A stretch of 43,902 nt of DNA from Vermamoeba vermiformis (GCA_045837725.1 JBEWZL010000243.1:372001-415902); one strand, 5' to 3'; counted from the first letter of the stretch, positions 11,145 to 32,941 are shown. Notes: generated from the sequence alone by a model not told the origin. Made by a program: numbers and translations.

Positions 11145-12961
11145 ATGTCGTCACGGGCTGGACACAAAAGGTCACATCCGAAGGAAGCCATTAGAGCTCC
11201 TCAAGCTTGTATAAATTGTAAAAAAAGACACGGACGATGCAGCGGTAAGTAGTGGGTCGAATGACCATAGTTTAAGACAAATCCATCTCGATCGCAATTT
11301 CTGATATTTACTGTTATGCTTGTAGGCGACAAACCGTCTTGCCGACAATGCACACAAGCTGGTAAGGACTGCTCTTATGCAGCCCCTCAAAAGCGAGGAC
11401 CAAAGCCAAGAAGGAAGCTCGATCCATCCTTTTCGGTTGAATCCACAAGCGACGAAGAACACTTGCAGTCATCATCGATCGAAAGCGATGGCAACTCTCC
11501 AAGCTACATTTTCGATAATGACTGCGATTTCAGCGCGGTTGATGAATCATCAGATGCCATGGATATCATCAATCATCCGAGCGCCGGCACCAAGTACGAT
11601 ACTCTGGAGTTTGTAGAGACGGTAACCCACGCTTTCCTACGCGGAATCGGTCGAGTGATCCCCCACATCTACGATTTCAGCTCAGACAAGGCTTACTATT
11701 TTTGGATGATGGTGCGTCAACATCCGCTAGATCTCGACCAAATAGGAACTGAACTGTGTGAAATGTTTTTGGCCGGCGTTGTATTTGCTCATGGTAAGTT
11801 TTAACATTAATCTTAGTCATTAAGAGTGTTAATTAAGATCAGCTCTATTTCTTAAGAGCGATCTGCTCGTATTTCTTAGTCTTAATTAACGTCAAGAAAA
11901 TGTCAAATTCAGATTATTTGAGATAGATTTTAACGTCAACGCATCAAATCTGATTTATTTCTATGACAGGATGCCGAGCCATTGGTGAAGAAAGCCTCCG
12001 AAAGGAGTTCGAATCTAAATCTGCCAAGATCCTACAAGAACTTTTTTTGCGAAACCAGACAAGCGAGTTAACCGCCAACATAGTTGCGTGTGGCCTCTTA
12101 CTCGAGGCAGAACTCAAATTTCAAGCTCATGACATCGCCCATGGTGCCGTTTCTCTTCACAAAGCGATCGGGATCGCGGAGGTTTTTGGCCACGTGCTAC
12201 TGCCACAAATAATTGTCCGCATCTATGGATCTTCATTGGCTGCTGGCAAAACACCTCAAGAGCGATATCGCGTCTTCATGCAAGCCAAGCTGTTGGGAGT
12301 CGACGCGAACACCCTGTACAACAAGATCGTGCTCGCGTTCTCTTGGATCACACCGTTCTTGCCTCAGACTGGCTCGTTCAACCAACACGATGACATACAA
12401 CTTGACCTCTTCCAGAACGTGCACAGCAATCCGATTGAGATGCATTTACTCAAGGCCTATCTGCAGGAGATTGAACGTGAAATTGACACGGCAGTTATTG
12501 ACGAGCCGCGAACAGAAGACGAGCCCAACTTGCGAATGATCGCTCGTGCCATCGTCATGACACTGACATCACTAGTAGCTGCTCACTCGGGCAACTACAC
12601 ATACTCACGAACATGTGCTGCTGTTGCTATCGAGCTCTTCTCAGTGCTCTCAAGGAAACGTTCCATTCCCTACTGTTTGATCTCTTTGGCTATGAGCTAC
12701 GCAACAGTTATCGCTCGCGAACTTAACGACGAGGCATCGCTCCTTAAAGGTGTTCAAGCAATGAGCAACATCGAGAATCAGACCGAGTTGGTACAAGGCT
12801 TGATCAGTTTTCAACTTGACGATAACAAAGTGGCAAGAAGGATGTTCGAAAACGAGCACCCTTATTTTTCAGTCCCTTACTACCAGTCAATGAACAACGT
12901 CTCGCCAGCTGATAAGTTTATGGAGATCGACATCTACAGGGCACCACTCCAGCGCTCGTAA
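11145..12961 (+). CDS. Zn(II)2Cys6 binuclear-cluster transcription factor (paralog 1)
   Basis: Spliced ACINCKKRHGRCSGDKPSCRQCTQAGKDCSY followed by KRGPK. Introns 11245-11325 and 11794-11969, then a long helical C-terminal exon. Confidence 0.9.
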
Positions 12962-13275
12962 ATATTTTTGTCCCATGTATTTCTTGTACAAATTGTAAAA
13001 AGTCTTATTTATTAAACCTCGCTTAACCATCATGCGTCGTCACATGCAACTTGGCTGCATTAAACTTTACAGTGATAAAGTGAATTAATTAAGTTGCCAT
13101 AAATGGTATTGTTTTCTGTGACGCGAGGGATTTCGAGGTCCTAACGATTTTGAAATTCTCCTTTTGAACAAAAACGCCAAACGGTAAACAAGAGCAAGTA
13201 ATATATAAGCAGTTTGCGTTAGATAAGATTTTCGAACCAGCAACAAGTACGATCGCTTCGATCGATTTTATTGGA

Positions 13276-15894
13276 ATGTATAAGAAAACTGAAACAGCAG
13301 AGTCTGGTTATATCACCCACGCATGCGCAAATTGTCAAAAAAGACATACAAAATGTGGAGGTACGTTAATGTCATACCAGACGTATAAAAGAAAATTTTA
13401 AAAACTAAATCGTTTTCTAAACATCTTTTTAATACAAATTACGTAACCTTCTACGCTGTATATATTTTTTATCATCTATAATCTGAAATAGGAGTATTTA
13501 TTGCCATTATTGTTTGGGTCATAATTGCGTATTTTAAAATTCGTGGGTTTTGCTGCGACAACAACCAACCATTAATATAAAAATAATTATCCGCAGCATT
13601 CTTATTATAATCTTATTTAGAATTCCATATACCAATTAACGGATTTGATTTTAGGTGAAAAACCCACGTGTGCACAGTGTTCTGGGAAAGCATTAGATTG
13701 CGTATATTTATCTTCAGCTAAACGAGGTCCAAAAAAGAAAGATTCAGCCCCTCCAGCAGTCGCGAAGAAGATGGGAGTTAAGCGACGGGCTCCAAGCCTA
13801 AAGAAGCCGCCAGTTTTGAAAGAGATTATAGCAGTAGCACGCGATAAAGTTTTGAAATCGGAATCAAGTTCGATGAAAGAGTCGTTAGCGAAGATAGCAG
13901 ACAGAATCAAAGCGAAATCAAGTCCTTCAACTAGTGGCGATGAACGATTGGACAGTAGTGAGAGCGAGGAACAGCCTGAGGCATCGACCAGTTGCTCAAA
14001 AGATAGTCTAGAGATAGCACATTCAAGTCCCCATGAGGACTCAGCGAGCGTGAACAACAGTGCATCAAGGCTCAGCCCCGATAGTTCAATTGATAACTAC
14101 GACGTCGAAATACAGGACTTGGTTAGCACCTGCGTTTCAGATTTTGACGGATTTATGGTGCGACCGCCGAGCCATGAGAAGGCCGTGATAGCCGCGATTA
14201 GATTCTTGGGTGATTCGGGCAAGATTATACCAAACGCGTTTGAATTTGATGTGCAACGAATATCAGCCTATTGGAAGCTAGCAACAGTAGATCCAGCGCA
14301 ATGCATTATAGAAATGGACGATCTAGGTCTTAACCAAGCAGAAGGGCTCTTATTTACAACAGTTATGGCGCACGGTATGTTTGTTAGTGATGTGACTCAA
14401 AAAAATCGAAAGCCGGGATCAACAAACCGACCTTAGCTCAGTCGGTAGAGCGGAGGACTGTAGTGAAGCATCAATCCTTAGGTCGCTGGTTCGATTCCGG
14501 CAGGTCGGATTCCTCTTTTTTATTTTTTTTTATTTTTTTTTATCTGTTTCAGAGTTTATCTTGGTTACTAAGACCTTTTTTGCGTTAGGTTTTCGTTCCC
14601 TGAACAGTGAAGAGCTTTCGAACGATTTTATGCTCCGATCCGAGCGCATCTTCCACCATCTCGCTCGAAAGCCGCAGTATCTCGCAGACGTACGATCGGT
14701 AAGCGTATCTCATGCCTTTGTACTATCCTCTAACTTTTTTACAGGCTAATTGTTTAAATTCGGCTTTCATTTTGATGGCTGTCTACTCTGGCGCATCCCG
14801 TGACCTGGAGCGCTGTGCCAAGTACTTCGCAGCGTCAAATGACGTGGCATCAACGTATACCGAATGGGTGCATCCTTCTTTACAGTATAGGCAAGTGTAG
14901 GATTAACTCAACTCGAGCTGGCAGCTAACGCGTGACAGATCATATTCTGCAATGCTTGGCATGGCAACAAATCCTCGAGATCGATATACTTGGTTTACAA
15001 AGACACGGCTTATAGGTCCTGAAGGCCAAACTATTGCTAACAAAACTGTTTTGGCGTTCATGTGGATCTGGTAAGTTGCGAAACCCGCTGATCAGAAACA
15101 AGTCACATACTGATCTGTCCTCTCAGCCCTCCTTTAGTAGTCGGTCAAAACAACATCTATCTATCGGCAGTACATGCTAGAACACAAGTTGAGAACATGT
15201 AAGTTGACTGCATCTGCACAAAACACCCAGTTCCTAACAAGTATTAAACAGGTTAATTTTGTCTTTCTTGGATGAGATTGAGGCGGATTTAGTAGCAGTG
15301 TCTCACCGCCGGCAGAATGAGGCTAATGCTGACGCTATAAATTCAATTGCTACTTTCTGGACCGTTGCACGGGCCTTGCGAGTCATCGTCTATGCACGAA
15401 TGTTTTCTCCTGCAACTGTAAGTTCAAACATTGCTCTGCTGCCACCTACTAACGTACGGTATTTAGGTTATTATTAACACAGTGTCGGGTATGCTAGATA
15501 TGTTTAACGTCATGAAGCAAGGTCGACAATTGACACGGATCCCGTTCTTACCACTTACCGTGTCATATGCTCTTAGTGTATGTGTCGTTTATATTTTTTT
15601 CATGAAAAGCGATTTTATAACACTTGCCTTTAGGTCGTGAAAGACCACGATGTTAAGTTGTGGAAGTACGGCGTTTCGTTGCTAGCGCAGTACGGATCCC
15701 GCGTCCCGGCGATCAGTTCTGCACCTCAACTCTCTCAACAAAAACTTGTAAATAATCAACAACCTCAACAAGAGTCCAGACCTAGCGCAGCTGCAATATC
15801 ACAACGCACTTATATATCGTATCGAACGATCGAAGAAAATACCGCTCAAAAAGGTTTCGCTGACATCGACATTTTTGGATCTGCTAAAAAGTGA
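13276..15894 (+). CDS. Zn(II)2Cys6 binuclear-cluster transcription factor (paralog 2)
   Basis: Spliced ACANCQKRHTKCGGEKPTCAQCSGKALDCVY followed by KRGPK. C-terminal blocks align with paralog 1 (MAHG, NKTVLAFMWI vs NKIVLAFSWI, FADIDIF vs FMEIDIY). About 8 introns. Confidence 0.88.
14427..14509 (+). tRNA. tRNA-Tyr(GTA) with a 10-nt intron (14464-14473)
   Basis: Acceptor stem CCGACCT/AGGTCGG plus discriminator A, D-arm TAGCTCAGTCGGTAGAGC, anticodon GTA at 14460-14462, intron after position 37, T-loop GGTTCGATTCC, oligo-T terminator from 14516. Confidence 0.97.
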
Positions 15895-16127
15895 AATCTA
15901 CCTTGAGAGTAGGTATCGAATTGTGATATAGTTGCGAAAGGAAAATTTATAATTTTATCCGTTACAACGGAAAGCGAAAAAAGTGTACAGTATGTATTAG
16001 TAAAGATCGAAAAAAAGTTCGTTTCAAACCTGTATTTTTTGCAATTACTAACTTCAATTTTTCAAAAAGGTACCATGTAAGCCAGTCATAGGAACTACTT
16101 GATTATAATCTAACGAGCTTTAGCAGG

Positions 16128-17557
16128 ATGAGGATCAGTACTCTCTTTGTACCAACAATATTTCTGCTATTACTTGGAAATAGTATTGCAGATGATGTAT
16201 TAGGTAAGCAATCGATATTATTTACCATTTGATAAGTCCACTGTATTTCAGTACAAATATGAACCGTAATTTTGCTACAAAAATACCGAAAATACTCAAA
16301 ATTGTATTAAATTAATTTACATATTTATAGATAAGCATAACTGACATTAAAATATTTATTTGACCAGATCCTAGGCCGTTCGTGACACAGAAGGAAATTT
16401 CTGAGTCAAAAGTTAACGATGCTGCGCATAGAAATATGGATTTAGGAGTCTATACATCTCCTACTAATATGTTAATTAATGTGGGCTTGGTTATTCAGAA
16501 CGGAACTCTCGAAGAAGCGGATTTGAATTCAACTTTTTGTACCAATAACCACCAAGACATCATCTCCCTTCGAAATTTGCACGTGGTGTACCCTAATAAG
16601 CCTGCAATGAATTATATGCTTCAGTTCGACTTTTGTGAACTTCAACAATGGACATCCAACTCACAACGCTTCAACTTACTTACGGATCTATCCAGGCAAC
16701 GAGGAACTGTAATGAGCTCAATATACTTCATTTCAAGCAAGTATTCATTAGCGAGGAGGAGCTATTATTAAAACTAACTATCATGTCTTGCAGAATACGC
16801 TACATTTTCGCAAGATCACTGGATGTGGCTTGAACCTGACTTCATGTTTGCAAAGTTCAATATACAATTAGAAGTCAATAGACCAAAAGAATCACATAAC
16901 ATTGGCATCGAGCTCATATTCGAACTAGTAGCTGTTGATAAGAACGGTCCTTCGATTACCGACTTTGTACTAGCAATGAGCTTAAGTACGACTTTAATTA
17001 TAACACTAGGGTTGATATATATACTAATGTCATATACTTGTAGCTGATAGTTGTGACGGAGAAGTCGATTGGGCCAACATTCAAATCGATAAAGAAGATC
17101 CACATCGCGCTACGGTGTCGTACAAACTCATCAACAGCTTGCAGTGGATCATTTGGTTCACGCCCGGTCAAAAGCGATTGTACACGGACAAATCAGTCGC
17201 ATTCCGCGCTACAGGTATGTAATGCTATCATAATTTATACTGCTCGGATCTACTCACCGTGAAAAAATATCAGTCAAAACTTACGAAGATAACACTATTT
17301 GGTGCGAAACTGGCACGTTGTATTGCGAGTCAACTATAATCAGTCAAAACTCAACGTCGTCAATGAGATCCGTTCAAATCGCGTTAGGCCTGTCAATCGG
17401 GATCGGCGCTACAGTCTCGATTGGATTAGGCATTGCTTTGTTCGTTACATTCAGACGATTGAAGGTCTTAGAGGTCCAAGTGTGGGGCGATGGGCTTGAT
17501 TATAGAGAGCTGAGACGTGACAGTCTTAACTTGCCAGAGGACGATGGCGATTATTAA
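16128..17557 (+). CDS. Uncharacterised type I membrane glycoprotein (signal peptide plus C-terminal TM helix)
   Basis: N-terminal MRISTLFVPTIFLLLLGNSIA, N-glycosylation sequons, C-terminal IALGLSIGIGATVSIGLGIALFVTFRR. Multi-exon, including a GC-AG intron. Confidence 0.65.
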
Positions 17558-17780
17558 TTTTGTAGTGTATTCGTTATTAAACATTGATAACTTATACCTA
17601 TACATCATATACGCCGTAATACTGGCACTATTTTTATGCCCAGATCTGCTCTGGTTTATTTTTAGAAAGACTATGAAGATAATTTCGTTCGTTATTTAGC
17701 CAGTTAGAGTTTCTTCTCGCATTTTCAATGAGACCAATTCTTTTACTAGCTCAATTTATTAGCCAGCTGTTTAGGGTACA

Positions 17781-19445
<1,665 letters not shown>

Positions 19446-19730
19446 TATGGTTATTAGATACTCTTTTTTTTGTACTGTGCTATTGATGCCCTCGGTGTCT
19501 CGGACGTCTTAAATAAAAAAGATTTTTGATCCTTTATTCTATTTTCGTCTCTGTCCAAGCGCGGACAACACAAGTAAAACTCGGTCAAATTGCTTTTAAT
19601 GGTACGGAGAACATGCTATAAGTTAATATAGAGAAAAGTGGCACCAAAGAAAACCTGACGTCAGATCTTCTTTCTAGTTTCGCCATTTCACCAACTTATT
19701 TATTTAGTGAACTGCCTAAGTAAGATCACA

Positions 19731-20385
19731 ATGGGTAGTTTTTTTAGCTTTGGAGGCAAGCCTATCAAAGTTCTGGTGGTCAGTGCTAATTGGATCTAAT
19801 AAATTCTTATTATTCTAATTAGAATTTGTTTTTAGTCAGGACTCGATAATGCTGGAAAAACAACGATAATATATCAAATTAATACAGAAGACTATACAAA
19901 AACAATTCCAACATTAGGCCTGCTTCAAAAAGCCAAATACAAGAATTTGGAAATTACCTCTTGGGACTCTGGAGGCCACAGTACTGTAACGGTACGTATA
20001 TGCTGCACAATACATCTATTTTAGTATATTTTCTAATGACATGGATCACGGGCAGGAAGACAGAATAAAACAAGAATTCTTGCGCGAAGTAGCTGGATTT
20101 GTATTCGTCGTCGATGCAAGTGATGCGCAGCGAGTCAACGAGAGTGCAGAGGAGCTTCGTAAAGAGCTTTCTTGGGCACGACAGGATCCGAGCAGAGTAC
20201 CGCTGTTGATCTTGGCGAATAAAATGGATCTGCCGAATGCAATGTCTGTTGAAACGATTGTAACAGCATTTGAACTCAATATGATGCAAGAAAGAGCTTG
20301 GCACGTTCAACCATGTAATGCAATAACAAAGTTTGGACTAATCGATGGTTTCGAATGGCTTAAAAAAGAGATCGAGAAACCCTAA
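19731..20385 (+). CDS. Divergent Arf/Arl-family small GTPase
   Basis: MG N-terminus (myristoylation), GLDNAGKTT, TIPTLG, WDSGGH, FVVDASD, LILANKMDL and WHVQPCNA. Two introns. Confidence 0.9.
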
Positions 20386-20445
20386 TTAGGAAATAAACCT
20401 TTCATCGCCGGATCTAGCCAAATAACGTCTCCTTTTGCTGTTTTA

Positions 20446-23400
20446 TTAATGAGTTTTAACTTTTTTGTGTTCGGATCTGCTCTTCATAATGAAAACCAAA
20501 CCAGCCACCACGACAAAGTTGAACGCGACAAAAAGTGAGTGGAAGATCTCGTAGAAGTACTTGGGTGAGAACACAGTCCATATGAACAGATGGTACCTCA
20601 TAGCAGTGATGATAATATTGAAGATTAACAACGAGAATGTTCGTAGCAGCAGTTCGATTGTCGGGACACGGAGCAGATCCCAAACAACTTTTTTCACAAA
20701 ACTTCGTTCAGGTACTTTATCTCGAACACATATACTATAGTAAATATGTTAATACGTACTGTTATTATGTTTTTGACTGTTATTTTGAGTGACTTACGTT
20801 CGTTGTCGTTGGATCAAGCAAACTGCGCATGCCACGAAAAAGTATATCGGGCCGCTGTACCCAATCACGAAAGTAAGCACTGCAACAACGGTCTCATTAT
20901 AGCTCGCCAAGCCTAAGAATTATTAGGTTATGCCAAGGCTATTTGATCATTAGTATACCTGTATAAGCTCCGCTAATGTCGATGGTCGCGAGTGAATTCG
21001 AATTGGCCAATGAGAACCAAGAACTCTTGCCCAGCCAAATAAACGTCAAAATTGTGCTCCATAAAGAGTTATCAGCCATATCTAATTATATATTAATAAG
21101 GTGACTCTCGGGCATACGTTTTTTTTTTTGAAGTTTTTACCTGGTGATGACAGCACGTCAATGCTGAATCGTGCAATTACGCTGAAGAACGAGAACAAGA
21201 GCAGATTATGCGGCTTGTGAACTAAGAGGAACAAACAATGAAGGGCAATCAACACGACTTGACCACTTGTCACGAGATGTCTTCCGTAGTCCCGCTGTGG
21301 ATATGTTAGACTCGCGAATCTGTAAAATAATCACGTGACCGATACTCACTGAATCTCTTGAGATGACTAACCCAATGGTAATCATTACAGCAATAACTGC
21401 ATAGGCCAGTTGAGCCGAGTTGATCTTGTCAAAACCAGCAGGCACGTGACCCAACATGAACTCTAACGAGGGCATTGTAACGATGACTTTGATTGCGATG
21501 AGGACTAGTGACATGAATGCCAATACGAGGGTCATGATCTTTGTCTAGATGACGTTAGTATTAGTGCAAGGTGATGGCGCGCGTACCTTTGTGGGTAACA
21601 GTTTCGACGTTGCGGCCATAAGCAAAGGCCAAATCAGTGCAATTCCAATCGTGTAATGTAATAACGAGACGTTCTGCGGGTTCAAAAGAAATTTCGCAAT
21701 GTCGGGTAACTCAAGCCATTTGTTTCCGGTTTGATTCCAGGCACGTGAAATTCTCAAACCAGCACCAATGAACACGATCTAGATTCGATTAGAATGACAT
21801 ATTATAGCGTCATAATAAAGTAGTTACCTTGATCGCGTGTTTGAAGTTTTTGTTGACAATCGCACGGAGTCCATGAGCACAGAAAATTGTCAGTGTGAAA
21901 AAATAAGCAATTTGATGCTCTTCTTCAATCATACTGCTGCCACCAAGACTAACCAAATGCAGTACTGTCGCGATGAAAAGAAAATTGTTCTCGAGTTCCA
22001 TGAACCGTTTTTTCTGTTGTGATCCAACGACTTCCACGAGACCACGTGATTGTCTTGAAAGAATTAGCGGCTTGAAAATGAACTTGAAGAAGGGTTCCCA
22101 ACACGCGATGAATATCATCACAGCGATAGACAAGACCGCTGAGTTGAGTACTTGAGTGAGGTACGGGGGCTGATTGGTGACAGCGACTTCACTCGGGGTA
22201 ACGGCCATTTCAAATGCGAAGTAAAACACTTGAATACACTCGACACCTACTGCAATGCCAGCCCATAGTCCTATTGAATACCAAACAGGATGGAACACCG
22301 CTACATCCTAAATCAGTCCACGTGCGCAAATACTTCATGTTGATATTTACCGATGATGCCCGAAGTTTCTTTGACTTTCACGGAGTTAATTGTAAAGAGG
22401 AGAGTGGCTAAAGAGATGGCAGCAGTCAAAAATATTCCTACATAGAGCTGGTACATGTTATAGTTCGTCAACATGAGGCCAAACTCGGCGCTTGATTCCC
22501 TCAAATACTGAGTAATGTTATTAATGTACTATAGGATAAGTTAAATATAGGTACCTCCGTATAGAGTTTGTGAGCTATTTGAGCGCGATCTTCGTTGTTG
22601 ACACCTTCCAAGAACGAGCTCAACCAATGCTCGTGCGCGGACTCTGCTTCAGCCAATCTGCCAATAATTTAATATTATAATATTATATAACGACTTATTT
22701 TACATACGTTGAGACTAAGTATGCTATTTTAGAGTTAGCAGGCTTATCATTGTTCCAAAAAGTCGAGTGCGATTTGATGACTTGCAACTGTTGGTAACTG
22801 TTCAGCTGCAATGCACGCAGTTGTTCTCGGGCTGGAATACGTTAATATTAAGTATGAATGAGGTTTAGTACGTACTGGTACTTCGGGAAAATAAGTACGG
22901 AATAATTTGGCCCAAGTTGTTCTTTGGGATCGGCAAGCCTAGTAACAACGCGAGTGACGGCACTAAATCTATTTGTTGAATTCTTTTCTTCTCTCCTTCT
23001 TTAAGGTGTGCATTCTCAACGTTTTCTAACTTCGGGCTGATAAAAATAAGTGCTGGCGATGTTTCGCCTTCCGTGGATCCACCATGATTGCCGATCTGGA
23101 AAAAAAAAATGTTAGAAGAGCTTCATAAACTAAAAATTCTTACTTCGTTCATGCCATGGTCTCCGCATAAAATAAATAATGTAGATCGTTGCTTGGGTTG
23201 ATTAGGATTGTATTCCAAGTAATTTCTTGAGTCCTGTTGTAGGATGGTTTTGTGGATCTTTTCAACGAGCGAGTCCATTTCTTTTTGTTTAGGACCCATA
23301 AGAGGACTGTATAGGTGCATAGTTAGATACTACGGTACTATTTTTGAGATGATGGCTTGCCTGTTAGGTCCGCCTAAATGACCGACATGATCGAGGCCCA

Positions 23401-24377
23401 AGTAGTGTAAAATCATCACGTCCCAATCATCCTTCTTTAATTCTTTGTCTAAATTCCGCGTGACATTGTTGTCAACCTCAACTGTATCCTATATAATTAG
23501 GTTAATAAGACGAAATATTAAATGATATTCTACGTACGGCGACGAAAAAGCTGGTGACGCCTTCGCTTCTGTTAAAATGTCGGGGAAATAGTTTGAGCCA
23601 CGTATCATCGCCATAAAATACGATCTTCTTTTGTGCATCTAATAATTGTTTGATCAAGTTATCTTCGTCGTATGAATTGCCTCTGAAGTTTCCAATAAAG
23701 TCGATAAACGAAGGAATGCCTCCGGATATCAACGCCTTAAAGATATTAGCATTAAGAGATGTTAAATATGCACGATAATACCTTAATTCGAGGAAGAGTC
23801 ACTGTCGGTGGATGAGCAAATGCTCTGAAGCCAAGAGCTTGACCTCGATCGATTAGACCTTTCGTGTACTCCATTTTGCTGCTTTCTGAAAAGACTAAAT
23901 CGGATCTATTGAATAAAATAAGTAATGTTTGTAATATTAGGATGGCTTACCTTAATGCATCAACGAGCATAACAACCAATCTGTCAAATTTAGGCGGCAC
24001 GAGAAATTTTTCGTTCTATTGATTTAGATTAATTCGTAATTGTCGAAAATATAATTTACGTTTGTATTGGAGTATATAAATATGTGAGATATAATTTAAA
24101 GAATTTTGCGTGGATATTTATTTGGATCAGATCTCAAGATAGTACTTACAGGTTCTTGTCCAGGTTCGTTTGGCATATCACTCATCGATGCATATCCAGG
24201 TAATGTGATTTTTGGTGGAAAAAATCCACTAGCGAATGTAAGCAAGGCATAGCCAAGCAGTGCAAGTAGCACGAACAGGATGGCGATCAGTTGCTTCGTG
24301 TCATTCTTGTCGACGATATATAAACGAGATACATAGCTCAGTGAAGAGTTATTCGTTGAAGCTTGTGCTGCTCTCAT
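20446..24377 (-). CDS. PIGG: GPI ethanolamine phosphate transferase 2 (PIG-G/GPI7)
   Basis: Motifs LIDALRSD, AHPPTVTLPRIKAL, FYGDDTWLKLFP, SFFVADTVEVDNNVTR, HYLGLDHVGH, CGDHGMNE, SSMIEEEHQ, GNSNSL-like and MRYHLFIWTVFSPKYFYE, plus many TM segments. Confidence 0.9.
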
Positions 24378-24632
24378 TTAAGCAATATAAAATAGCCGAA
24401 ACAAAACACCGATCTAAAATCATCTCCGTAAACCTAAACAAACATCACCTCAGAAAGCAATCGTTGCCAACAATAATAATTTCATCAATAGTGATCATTG
24501 TCCTCCTGCGACGAATGCGTTTATTATTATTTCGCCTCGCGACATGATTTCATCGGAAGAAAAAAGTTCGAGCCTTTTTTTGCCCGTTGCAAAAAGGATT
24601 GGTATTGTTTGTATATCAACGGCCTGTCGACC

Positions 24633-31116
<6,484 letters not shown>

Positions 31117-31397
31117 AAAAATTTAGAAATAAAATACAATTTGCGGATACCAACAGGGTTTGCTTGTAGAGCCTTCCTAAGTTGTTGGATATCAACGTCT
31201 ACGAATCATCGCCCAACACAATTAGTTCTCATATTCGCAGCTATTTGATTTTATTACGGTTCAAAAAATTTCGTGTACAAGTTCTTTTCATTCCTTGAAT
31301 CCATGTGCCCACCGACAAAACTATAAAATGGTACAGGAATGATCGGTTATTAACTTATTGCTTTTATTCTTTACCAGCAATATCATACAGACCAAAA

Positions 31398-32478
31398 ATG
31401 AAGTCTACCGTTGTTTTCACTGTCTTGATCCTCGTGATCGGCTCTGCTTTCGGACAAACCGCTCCTCTCCTCCTTCAACAATTCACTTCTAACTTCACTG
31501 GTAATTAATTAAGCGATAATTACTCATATTTTTCGTCGTATCTACCGACCGTATCGAAGCTTAACTAAACCATTTACTTATTTAGTGTCGTTCGATTTTA
31601 TGGATCCGAATGGCCCACAAATCACCAATGCTGGTGGTATTGCATACTTTGCTTGGATTAAAGGAGCTCTTTCCGTCCAAGTTGGATACCAGTGTAAGTC
31701 TACGCCTTTGTAACGGTTACATCGTCTCCATCCGAACTTACATTTCTGAATCCGATTTAGTACTTGGCCAATACTTCCCTTTCAACGTGATCCTATCTCC
31801 TAGCAATGGTTTCGCGACTCGTAAGCAGATCTAGATCTTTCCGTACAACTGACTAAGATAACTTAGTTTTCGGAACTGAGGGCTCCGACTGGTGCCGACA
31901 ATACGGTGGTAAGTATCATATTATACATAGGCGTATAAGATATAGTTTCCAATTAGCGTCTGAAACTAAATCCGACGTGTTTTACCAGAACCAGTCAACA
32001 TTACTTTGCTCAATACGTTCTATCCGTACGAAATCCCTGATAGTGCTACTTACATCGGCGAGCGTACTGTTAACGGTCAAGATTGCACCGGCTGGAAGTT
32101 CATAGGTACGTGCTTTTATCAGATTTGAATCGAGCTCTTGCAGATCTAAATTAAATTCAAATTCAAATATTCGCAGCCTAAGCCTAACTGTTCGCTATTA
32201 TAGTTGATGTATTTGGTGTCTTCTCCATTCCCATTACTGTTTGGGTTGCTGAGGACGGAACTATTGCTCAAGTTAGAGTCGAAGGATTCAATTACTGGAA
32301 CATTACAAACATTTATTTTAACTTCACAGATATGACATTTGGTCCTTTCCCTCCTTCCGTATTCGTAAGTATCAAGTTCAAAACGTACTTGAGATGCCGA
32401 TCCCTGACTATCATTTCTTACCAGGCTCCGCCTACAAAGGCCAATCCCAACTTGAATTGCCCACTCGTTCCTTTTTAA
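31398..32478 (+). CDS. Secreted ependymin-related (EPDR/LolA-fold-like) protein
   Basis: Signal peptide MKSTVVFTVLILVIGSAFG. Seven small exons give P.LLQQFTSNF...ATYIGERTVNGQDCTGW...FTDMTFGPFPPSVFAPP...C, a pattern typical of ependymin-like proteins. Confidence 0.7.
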
Positions 32479-32941
32479 ATTGTACGATAAGATGATTCAA
32501 TAAACGGTTTCCCAATATGAATTAACGTCAGATCTCAAAGAAGCCCGTCACAATGCAATACCAACCAGATCAAATATTATTAAAAATATTACCTCTGGGG
32601 GTGTGGTGTTGGAGCGGTTTTTTTTTCTAATATATTTTTTTTCGGCTGAGGAAAGAAAAAAAACCCGAAGTCCTTACTTCAATATTCTTTGTACTTGAGT
32701 GGCATGGGTTTGAAAAAAAGATCCGGTACGATTTCGTCGTAGACAAAAAAAAATTTAGGTGGATAACAAGCCCGCCTCGTTCAAACTTCGTCGACACTCC
32801 GAGAAGCTGTCCTAAGTGCGAAACCCATCACCCAAATGTGTACTGCCCGAATAAGCCCGTCATAGTTGCACCAAAAATAGGCGTTAAATTGTTATGGGAC
32901 GCCTTTCATGAAAAACAATTTTGGTTATTTCGATGTTTTAT

